Positions 42,292-48,772 of a DNA stretch of 48,772 nucleotides are shown here, in pieces (position 1 is the stretch's first letter; every line of letters begins with the position of its first letter). The notes beneath the pieces were generated by a model. The model saw only the letters and a program-made list of their open reading frames with translations, was not told the origin of the DNA and ran no database searches. The stretch is taken from positions 1 through 48,772 of the forward strand of contig CAYTKL010000001.1 of assembly GCA_964438305.1 (NCBI GenBank), read 5' to 3'. The position numbers were made by a program, and so were the translations under genes. This DNA comes from an uncultured Dehalococcoidales bacterium (GTDB lineage Bacteria; Chloroflexota; Dehalococcoidia; E44-bin15).

Positions 42292-43499
42292 CCGCCTAGT
42301 TGCCCCATCAAGGAGTAGATTGGCATATATATGGCCATAGCGATGACGCCGACTGCGCCGCCGCAGAACACAACCATTATGGGACTGAGCAGTCCGGTGG
42401 CTCTGGAGACGGCGCGGTCAGCCTCCGCTTCGTAGAAATCGGCGAGCACCTCCAGGTTGGATTCCAGGCGGCCGCTTGCCTCACCGACGCCAACCACCTG
42501 ACTCAGGAGGGGGGGGAATACCTTCTGCCTGGCCAGGGCTGCCGATAGAGCCTCACCACCGTGGACTTTGGATCGCACCTTGTCCAGCGCATTCCTGATC
42601 AGAACGTTGCCAGTCGTTTCAACCATGAGGTCGAGACACTCGGTGAGGGAGATGCCTCCACGCACCATGATGGAGATGTTTCTCGCCAACTGCGTCATGG
42701 TTCCGATGAGGATGATACTGCCGATGATGGGTATCTTCATCACGAGGTGGCCGAGTACCCTCTTGCCGTCATCCGTCTTGCGGTACCACGAAAACGCGAG
42801 GAAGCCCAGAACCACAGCGAGCAACATGTAGAGGATGTTCGACTGGACGAAATTGGCGGCAGCCAGCACGACGACTGTAACCGTCGGAAGGTTGCCTCCG
42901 ATCTGTGTGAAGAGCACGTCCATCGCCGGTATGACGAAGTAGAGCAGCGCGAATATAGCGATGGTAGCGATGCCCAGCACGAAACTGGGATACATCATCG
43001 CACCCCTGACCTTCCGGGTGATCTGGTCCTCCTTCTCCATCTGAGTCGCTACCTGGCGCAGCATCATCTCAAGGTTACCTACTTCCTCGCCGACCTTCGT
43101 CAGGCGCAGGAAGAACGGCGAAAAGGCCTCGGGGTGCTGGGCGCAGGCCTCGGAGAAGGAGCTGCCCGTCTCCACCGCCCCTTTCACATCATTCAGCACC
43201 TTCTTCATGCCCTTCTTGGTTGTCCGCCCGTGCAGCATGGTCAATGCAGGGAGTATGCCTATACCGGAATTGAGCAGGGTGGCCAGGTCACGGGTGAAAT
43301 AGATGATGTCGTGCCGTTTCACCCCGTACAGGCTGGGGAGCATCTCGGCTACGGACACGGGCTTGCGGTGCTTCTCAAGGTTGATGATGGTCAGATCGGA
43401 GCGCCATAGCGTCCGTTCAGCTTCCCGCTCCGATGTCGCCTCGAGCGCGCCGGCGGCCGTCTGCCCCCTTGAATTGCAGGCCACGTACTTGTACCACAT
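42288..43499 (-). CDS. pilC: Type IV pilus / T2SS platform protein (GspF/PilC family)
   Basis: 403 aa. Duplicated GspF-type cytoplasmic domains (FTRDLATLLNSGIGILPAL and LARNISIMVRGGISLTECL) separated by TM segments. C-terminal TM IMVVFCGGAVGVIAMAIYMPIYSL. Confidence 0.9.
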   Translation of the reverse strand: MWYKYVACNSRGQTAAGALEATSEREAERTLWRSDLTIINLEKHRKPVSVAEMLPSLYGVKRHDIIYFTRDLATLLNSGIGILPALTMLHGRTTKKGMKKVLNDVKGAVETGSSFSEACAQHPEAFSPFFLRLTKVGEEVGNLEMMLRQVATQMEKEDQITRKVRGAMMYPSFVLGIATIAIFALLYFVIPAMDVLFTQIGGNLPTVTVVVLAAANFVQSNILYMLLAVVLGFLAFSWYRKTDDGKRVLGHLVMKIPIIGSIILIGTMTQLARNISIMVRGGISLTECLDLMVETTGNVLIRNALDKVRSKVHGGEALSAALARQKVFPPLLSQVVGVGEASGRLESNLEVLADFYEAEADRAVSRATGLLSPIMVVFCGGAVGVIAMAIYMPIYSLMGQLGG

Positions 43500-43599
43500 C
43501 GTCGTAGTCCCCCCTCGTTGTAGTTCGGGGCTTGAGTCCCCTCGCCGCCACCCGCGCGGCGAACAGCCTCGCAGCGAAACATTCGGTTCGCCGCATCAC

Positions 43600-45348
43600 C
43601 TAGCCGATAGTGAAGACGTTGCGGATGACCTCGGCAGGTGTGGTTATTCCCTCCTTCACCTTCAGCATGCCGTCGTTACGCATGGACACCATCCCGTCTC
43701 TCACCGCCTGTTGCTTGACCTCAAAGGCGCCTGCCCCCTGGCTGACCATCTGTCTGATGGAATCGTTCATGGTTACCATCTCAAAAGCACCTACTCGCCC
43801 GCGAAAGCCAGTATTGGAGCAAGCGCCGCAGCCCATGCCGTGGGCGAAATCGGTGCGCTCCTCCCCTGTCTCTGCTTGATAGGCCATGGCATCCACGACG
43901 GATGCCTTCTGCATCTGCTGACATTCAGGACAGATCTTGCGCATGAGACGCTGCGAGACGGCAGCTATGACCGCCGACGTTACCAGGAACGGCTCCACGC
44001 CGAAGTCCAGCAGTCGAACGATGGCCCCGGCTGCGTCGTTGGCGTGAATGGATGTCAACACCAGGTGCCCGGTGAGAGCCGCTTGGATGGCGGTGTTGGC
44101 CGTCTCCGCATCACGTACCTCACCGACGAGTATGACGTCCGGGTCCAAACGCATGATGGCGCGCAGCCCGCTGGCAAAGGTGATGTCAGCGGCACGGTTG
44201 ACCTGGATCTGACGCACGCCGTTGAACTCATATTCCACCGGGTCTTCAATGGTCATGACATTGAGCTCTCTGTTCCTCGTCTTGCTCAGCGAAGCGTACA
44301 GGGTTGTGGTCTTGCCCGAGCCGGTGGGCCCGCTTATCATGATCATGCCGTAGGGAGAGTCGAGGCAGCGACTATACCTTTCAAGGACGTGAGGCGACAT
44401 CCCCAATGCCGCCAGTTCAATCAGGGCGAGTGACTTGTCCAGCACGCGCAACACCGCCATTTCGCCGTGGTTGGTGCCGATGGAGGCAACACGGAAGTCG
44501 ACCTTCCTTCCCGATAGCGTGGCGGTGAACTGTCCGTCCTGGGCCCTTCTGCGCTCAGCGATGTTCATGTTGGCGAGCACCTTGATTCGTGTTATTAGGG
44601 GCTGGTGGACTTCCTGGGGCAGGGCCACTGCGTCGTGCATGATTCCATCAATGCGATATCGAATCAGCACGTCACGTTCCTGCGGTACGATGTGAATGTC
44701 CGATGCTCTGCTTTTCACCGCTTGCCCCAGCAACATCTCGACCGCTTTCACCACCGGGGCGTTGCTTACTGTGTCCAATGTGAAGGTGGGGTCGGTTATG
44801 TCTGCTGTGCGCAGGCTGCCCAGAAGCTGTCTGATCTCCTTCTCGACACGGGTGCTCTCCACACGGCTGGTGTCGACCCTGCTGGCGGCCTTGTAGTGGG
44901 CGTCGATTGCTGTCCCTATGCCGTCGTGAAGAGGTATGACTGGCTTGATCCTCTTCTTCGTCACGGACGAAAGGGTGTCGATCAGTCTGGTGTTGTAGGG
45001 CTCGGCAGTGGCCAACGTCAGAGTCTGGCCGTCCAGCGCTATGGGCAGCACACTGTGCTTCCTGGCCATGTCCTCTGAGACCAAAGCCAACGCGTCGGGC
45101 TGAACCTGTGCATCGTTCAGGTCTATCGTGGCGACATTCAACTGGAAACTCAGTATCATGGCCAGCGTTTCCGCGCTGACAAGGCCTTTATCAAGGATGA
45201 CCTGTCTTACATCCTTGTTGGTTCGCTTCGCTGTGTTGCGTGCGCTCTCAAGCTCCTCTGACGTGACGAAGCCGCCGTCAATTAAGAGACGGTCTAGGCC
45301 TTTTGAGGGCTTGGGCTCCTGTACTTTGCGGATGGCCATCGCTCTCAC
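43600..45348 (-). CDS. pilB: Type IV pilus assembly ATPase (GspE/PilB family)
   Basis: N-terminal GSPII_E_N-like domain (LIDGGFVTSEELESA...LNVATIDL...ARKHSVLPIA), Walker A ISGPTGSGKTTTLYA, VILVGEVRD, GHLVLTSIHAND and the tetracysteine CPECQQ...CGACSNTGFRGR. The ORF starts with GTG at 45348. An ATG at 45339 is an alternative. Confidence 0.9.
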   Translation of the reverse strand: MRAMAIRKVQEPKPSKGLDRLLIDGGFVTSEELESARNTAKRTNKDVRQVILDKGLVSAETLAMILSFQLNVATIDLNDAQVQPDALALVSEDMARKHSVLPIALDGQTLTLATAEPYNTRLIDTLSSVTKKRIKPVIPLHDGIGTAIDAHYKAASRVDTSRVESTRVEKEIRQLLGSLRTADITDPTFTLDTVSNAPVVKAVEMLLGQAVKSRASDIHIVPQERDVLIRYRIDGIMHDAVALPQEVHQPLITRIKVLANMNIAERRRAQDGQFTATLSGRKVDFRVASIGTNHGEMAVLRVLDKSLALIELAALGMSPHVLERYSRCLDSPYGMIMISGPTGSGKTTTLYASLSKTRNRELNVMTIEDPVEYEFNGVRQIQVNRAADITFASGLRAIMRLDPDVILVGEVRDAETANTAIQAALTGHLVLTSIHANDAAGAIVRLLDFGVEPFLVTSAVIAAVSQRLMRKICPECQQMQKASVVDAMAYQAETGEERTDFAHGMGCGACSNTGFRGRVGAFEMVTMNDSIRQMVSQGAGAFEVKQQAVRDGMVSMRNDGMLKVKEGITTPAEVIRNVFTIG

Positions 45349-45392
45349 TGCCTGATCCTAGGGCATTGATTTCCCGGGTAGCTGGAAGCGTT

Positions 45393-45421
45393 ATTTAACC
45401 ACATATACAGTCATTTGTCAA
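45393..45421 (-). promoter_or_regulatory. Candidate sigma70 promoter P1 for pilB operon (TTGACA-17-TTAAAT, TG-extended)
   Basis: On the minus strand, the -35 is plus 45416..45421, the spacer is 17 nt, and the -10 TTAAAT is plus 45393..45398, preceded by TGG. It lies ~45 nt upstream of the pilB start. Confidence 0.5.
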
Positions 45422-45560
45422 GAGCAAACGTGTAATACAGCACTACACTGGTATTGGCAAGGTATAACATATCTTTGCCTCCCAGCGCGGCTATTACAGC
45501 ATTTCTGCACAACTATTATACTTGGAACTTTGCAACTATATATCGAAATCTGTGATGTCT

Positions 45561-45589
45561 ATTAAACCACAGAATAGGTTATTTGTCAA
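45561..45589 (-). promoter_or_regulatory. Candidate sigma70 promoter P2, a duplicated copy of P1 (TTGACA-17-TTTAAT, TG-extended)
   Basis: On the minus strand, the -35 is plus 45584..45589, the spacer is 17 nt, and the -10 TTTAAT is plus 45561..45566. The 31-nt module at 45560..45590 matches 45392..45422 at 24 of 31 positions. Confidence 0.45.
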
Positions 45590-45883
45590 GCTGCAGAGGC
45601 CGTAAACATCTGTAGATATCAGATAATGTGCCAGCGCTCACCGGCGCGCGGCGTGCGAAGGGGGTGCTGGTGATGGGGCCGGGGAGCATGACACAGGACG
45701 TAGTCGGGCTGTCATGAAAGGCATCGGAGCCACAGGCCGCTGTCTTCAGCACGACTGCTCTGGCCCGTGGTAGCCATGCGCTGTTTCCCGGACCTGCCAC
45801 TGTGGCCCGGCGGTCTTGCCTGGCAGTGACCGGGAAGGGGGATGCTACGGTGCCGCCAGACCGCAGGCGGGCAACAACGTTGG

Positions 45884-45913
45884 TTGCCAACGGGCATGTC
45901 ACGGTGCTAGAAT
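45884..45913 (+). promoter_or_regulatory. Candidate promoter for tRNA-Arg (TTGCCA-18-TAGAAT)
   Basis: TTGCCA at 45884..45889, 18-nt spacer, TAGAAT at 45908..45913 preceded by TGC (TGCTAGAAT). It ends 20 nt upstream of the tRNA 5' end. Confidence 0.5.
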
Positions 45914-45933
45914 CAGAGCTACAGGCGGGCGTC

Positions 45934-46009
45934 GTCCCTGTAGCTCAGTGGACAGAGCAACTGCCTTCTAAGCAGTGGGTCGTGGGTTCGAATCCCACCA
46001 GGGACGCCA
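45934..46009 (+). tRNA. tRNA-Arg (anticodon TCT), CCA encoded
   Basis: Manual cloverleaf:
- acceptor GTCCCTG/CAGGGAC;
- D stem GCTC/GAGC;
- anticodon stem ACTGC/GCAGT with loop CTTCTAA (TCT at 45967..45969);
- T arm GTGGG-TTCGAAT-CCCAC;
- discriminator G, then CCA.

Total length 76 nt. Confidence 0.9.
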
Positions 46010-46032
46010 CTCAGGCGTGAGCCACGCCTGAG
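46010..46032 (+). terminator. Hairpin immediately 3' of the tRNA
   Basis: CTCAGGCGTG-AGC-CACGCCTGAG has perfect 10-nt arms. No U-tract follows, so it may be a processing or terminator structure. Confidence 0.35.
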
Positions 46033-46442
46033 GCCGCCCCCGACCGCCGGGCCGAAAAGGGCCGAAAGACCCACTGCCTCGATGGACATGGCACCGGTGT
46101 AAGTCATCATCCAGTGGATTCACACCGTAGTCCATATCGAATAGCGTACTGAGGCGGATTCCCGGAACAATCGCGGCCGGCGTCTTGCTTCTCCATCAGC
46201 TACTCCAGACCTCGATGTGCTCGAGAAGCGTTGTTTCTTGTCTGGCTTCAGCAGGGGGTGTACAATCGGCGTAATCAGAAACGACTCCTTTCGGGAAGGG
46301 GAGCGTCGCCTGGGACAACTGCGAGGCAGTGGATACAACATCAATCTAGGCAGATTACTTGGACAGCTCCGTACTGCATAGACCGTGGTGGTCCTAGAAT
46401 GATCCGGCGGCATTATCAAGAACTGAGGTAACGGAGAAGCAC

Positions 46443-47135
46443 TTGGATTTCGTCGTCGCCAGGTCGTTCAACTCGTTGTATATCTACCTGGACATTGCCT
46501 GGCTTGTTCTTTTCACACTAATCCTGCTGTTCAGGCGGCGCTACCTGGCCATGATCGCTGGCCTGGCGGGCTGCGTTATCTACTTCGCGGTCGACTACGG
46601 AGTCTTCTACCATCTGTTGGGCACGAGAGAAGTAGCAGGGGCGGATCCATTCTGGGTTCTGTTGTGGCTGAGTATCAGCTATGGGTTCACCAACTTCGCC
46701 TGGATATGGCTGCTGCTGGACCGCGATGGTCACACCGTTGACTGGAGTCTGCTGATTGTAGCGGGTTGGCTTACGGTAGCACTGCTGAGCCAGAACTTCA
46801 GCAGGGATTTCGCACAGATCACCATCTCGCGGGGAACAGCCGACTATCACGGGATCATGACAGCGATCATGTTCATCGGGTACCTGTGGCTATTGCTGCG
46901 AAACCTGCGTACTGCCCGGGGAGCGAAGGTCAATCTTCTGCGGCTATTGGCCATCGGCGTCGGGGTACAGTTCAGCTGGGAAGCGGTGTTACTGCTCAGC
47001 GGTATCCGCCCAATGGGTGTCATACCACTCATCGTGGATTCTCTCGTTGAGACCAATCTCGGTCTGCCCTATCTCTATCTCATACACCAGGCGATATCGA
47101 AGCGGTTTGGCGAGAGACTGACCTTACCTGGCTAG
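46443..47135 (+). CDS. Multi-pass membrane protein of unknown function
   Basis: 230-aa ORF with about 6-7 hydrophobic segments (IAWLVLFTLILLF, MIAGLAGCVIYFAV, FWVLLWLSISYGFTNFAWIWLLL, LLIVAGWLTVALL, IMTAIMFIGYLWLLL, LLAIGVGVQFSWEAVLLL). The TTG start at 46443 follows GGAG. The start is uncertain. Confidence 0.55.
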   Translation: MDFVVARSFNSLYIYLDIAWLVLFTLILLFRRRYLAMIAGLAGCVIYFAVDYGVFYHLLGTREVAGADPFWVLLWLSISYGFTNFAWIWLLLDRDGHTVDWSLLIVAGWLTVALLSQNFSRDFAQITISRGTADYHGIMTAIMFIGYLWLLLRNLRTARGAKVNLLRLLAIGVGVQFSWEAVLLLSGIRPMGVIPLIVDSLVETNLGLPYLYLIHQAISKRFGERLTLPG

Positions 47136-47287
47136 ATACCTTATGATCGAAGGCATGGAGTGTGAGGAGACTGACCCCATCCAAGCCGTAAACAGAACAC
47201 TCCCACATCCAGGTGCGGTTGACATGGGGAAGCCCGGATACTATCCGCGGAAGGGCCTTGTACTCTCAAGAAGAGGGGTATTCATTC

Positions 47288-47893
47288 ATGAAGCTGAGTC
47301 TGAATGAAGTGAACGAAGAAGACCGTGGGGTAATCGCACCCTGCGGCATCATCTGTCTGGGTTGTGATGTTCATATGCATGAGAGTCTGCAGGCGGCGAA
47401 AACGATCATTGATATCTGGGAAGGCTTCAACCTTCGAGATGTTGCAGCCCTCGCCGGTCTGAAAGGGCAAGACGTGTGCGATACGCTTGATACGCTGAGC
47501 GAGTTCGTGGCAAGAAGAGAGGGAGCCGGGCCATGCCCGGGATGTTTCAGGGCCGGCGGACCTTCCGCTATCTGCGCCATAGCGAAGTGTGTGAAGTCGA
47601 AGGGGTACTGGACATGTGCCGAATGTCCGGATTTCAACCCGGAATCCGATGAGCCCTGCCCTCATTCTGACGCCAGTCTTGCTTCGGTGCCTCTGGGATC
47701 GAGACGGGAGACTTCCGCTCTCATACGCAGGCGATACAGCACAAACAACATTCAGAACTTGAGAAGATGTCGTGAAGTGGGCTACCCTGCTTTCATAGCA
47801 GAGGCCAAAGAGAAGGTTCGGACAGGTTGGAGAACGTGGCAAGTCATCAGCAGTGAGATGCTGTTCACCCAGACAAACGAGCAGACTGGCTGA
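47288..47893 (+). CDS. Cys-rich protein, DUF3795-like
   Basis: Trimmed to the ATG at 47288. APCGIICLGCDVH, GPCPGCFRAGG, CAIAKCVKSKGYWTCAECPDF and EPCPH. The CG..C..C opening followed by further Cys pairs resembles DUF3795 proteins, from memory. Confidence 0.5.
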   Translation: MKLSLNEVNEEDRGVIAPCGIICLGCDVHMHESLQAAKTIIDIWEGFNLRDVAALAGLKGQDVCDTLDTLSEFVARREGAGPCPGCFRAGGPSAICAIAKCVKSKGYWTCAECPDFNPESDEPCPHSDASLASVPLGSRRETSALIRRRYSTNNIQNLRRCREVGYPAFIAEAKEKVRTGWRTWQVISSEMLFTQTNEQTG

Positions 47894-48379
47894 GTTGTCG
47901 CGACGAGCGAAGTAGACCTATCAAGCGGAAGCCCCACTGGCAGTGGCCATGAAGGCGCCTGCGTTGGCAGCATGGTGGGTGTTCACGTGCGACACTTACT
48001 ATCTGTTCGCGAAAGACAGGAGCGCCTGCAACTGAGACAGCGATATTGATTTCGTGCCAGAGGTGGATGGCTTGTCCTTCAGGAGAATCTACACCAACGA
48101 AGAGGCGGATGAGCCTGAAGCTCAGGGGTTCGACTTCAGGGAACATGCTTTCGACGGGAGGAGCGGGCCGGACAAGAAGGGCGGCAGCATTCTGTGTTTT
48201 CGTTGGACATGAGCTTGCCAACATAGGGTGGCTGTGCCCCACACAGCAGGCGAGGGACAGCCTGAATGAGCCTCCCGCCATTCATTGCGAATGGACTAAA
48301 ACGGGCAACATATGGTACAACTCGCAGACAAGGTCGTTGCCGCTGAATACGGCGACTTTGTTTGAACGGAGCCGTTAAG

Positions 48380-48772
48380 TTGGTCAGGGACAAGAGAGAG
48401 GCTATCGTGGTCGGCTCGGGGCCCAACGGTCTGGCGGCAGCCATCGCGTTGGCGCGGGCTGGCCTGGCGGTAACCGTCTATGAGAAGCACGAGATAATCG
48501 GCGGAGGCTGCCGTTCCCTGGAGTTGATACAGCAGGGCTATATCCACGACGTGTGCTCCACGGTCCATCTACAGGTAAAACTCTCACCCTTTTTCCGGAA
48601 GCTGCCCCTGGAAGAGTATGGACTAAGGTGGGTCACACCCCCCTTCGCCCTGGCCAACCCCTTTGATGACGGCACGGCGGCGGTGGTTTCCCAGTCTATG
48701 TCCGAGACCGTGGCAACCCTCGGTGGTAGCGATGGGGAGACGTATGCGAAACTGATGTCTCCCCTGGTTATT
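48380..48772 (+). CDS. NAD(P)/FAD-dependent oxidoreductase (phytoene-desaturase/CrtI-like family), 5' fragment running off the right edge
   Basis: The frame reads LVRDKREAIVVGSGPNGLAAAIALARAGLAVTVYEKHEIIGGGCRS..., a GxGxxG dinucleotide fold followed by E and IGGG. The start is uncertain: TTG at 48380, or GTG at 48407. Confidence 0.7.
   Translation, partial: MVRDKREAIVVGSGPNGLAAAIALARAGLAVTVYEKHEIIGGGCRSLELIQQGYIHDVCSTVHLQVKLSPFFRKLPLEEYGLRWVTPPFALANPFDDGTAAVVSQSMSETVATLGGSDGETYAKLMSPLVI

Noticed and set aside
38417-44433. Plus-strand ORFs across the pilus genes (38417..39148, 39617..40636, 42561..43409, 43303..44433). Also the GVGV-repeat ORF at 40821..41183 and the HT-rich ORF at 40752..41273.
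   Set aside because: They are antisense or out of frame to genes with clear PilB, PilC, pilin and P-domain signatures. The repeat ORFs are alternative readings of the TP-coding hexanucleotide repeat.
45700-45860. Possible SRP (4.5S) RNA or RNase P RNA on the minus strand, because of GGCAGGTCCGGGAAACAGC.
   Set aside because: Only about 9 nt (CAGGTCCGG) match the SRP domain IV core. The GGAA tetraloop with its closing UCC/GGA pairing and the AGCAGC 3' side are missing. The RNase P CR-I block GAGGAAAGTCCGGGC is also absent.
45579-46419. ORFs flanking or overlapping the tRNA (45579..45902 minus, 45802..46020 plus, 45919..46110 minus, 46120..46419 minus).
   Set aside because: They overlap a well-folding tRNA or its promoter. 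They have Arg/Pro/Ser-rich composition with no SD or motif support.
46010-48380. Prophage or integrative-element insertion at the tRNA-Arg gene.
   Set aside because: No integrase, excisionase, phage or transposase gene is present, and no repeat of the tRNA 3' end was seen within the window. It is retained only as a low-interest composition observation.

Overview
GC-rich bacterial chromosomal window. Gene content and a secretin-less pilus locus suggest a Chloroflexota-like organism, but that taxonomy is a guess. I saw no rRNA, CRISPR array, transposase or integrase.

- **1-10.3 kb, minus strand:** nine complete and one truncated family III (CaiB/BaiF) CoA-transferase genes. They form at least 4.5 tandem copies of a ~2.53-kb two-gene cassette (B-type, then A-type).
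- **10.5-14.6 kb, plus strand, divergent from the array:** a split methylmalonyl-CoA mutase operon. It holds the catalytic subunit, two epimerase paralogs, the B12-binding subunit, a NIL-domain protein, a small HeH-like ORF and an FdhD-like gene.
- **14.6-25.8 kb, minus strand:** a tightly packed housekeeping block of alaS, ruvX, aroE, aroC, an aroK-aroB fusion, an atypical ClC channel, an acyl-CoA dehydrogenase and tgt.
- **26-33 kb:** a convergent, overlapping otsA/otsB pair, an MscS-type channel, a small hypothetical gene, ComM/YifB, a conserved hypothetical gene and an SDR.
- **32.9-33.4 kb:** a dense intergenic cluster of GTCATTG-core hairpin and tandem repeats.
- **33.5-45.6 kb, minus strand:** a 10-gene type IV pilus/pseudopilus locus. 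AT-rich islands with near-consensus sigma70 promoters split it into three units.
- **45.9-48.8 kb:** tRNA-Arg(TCT), a membrane protein, a Cys-rich DUF3795-like protein, a degenerate stretch and a partial FAD oxidoreductase.

The pilus locus holds the most unusual features:
- a PilN-like protein fused to a caspase-like (C14) domain with an intact His/Cys dyad;
- a pseudopilin carrying a ~100-residue (TP)n linker and a proprotein-convertase P-domain;
- a 636-aa PilX/GspK-like protein.

All product calls rest on motif recognition from the translations. No database search was possible.
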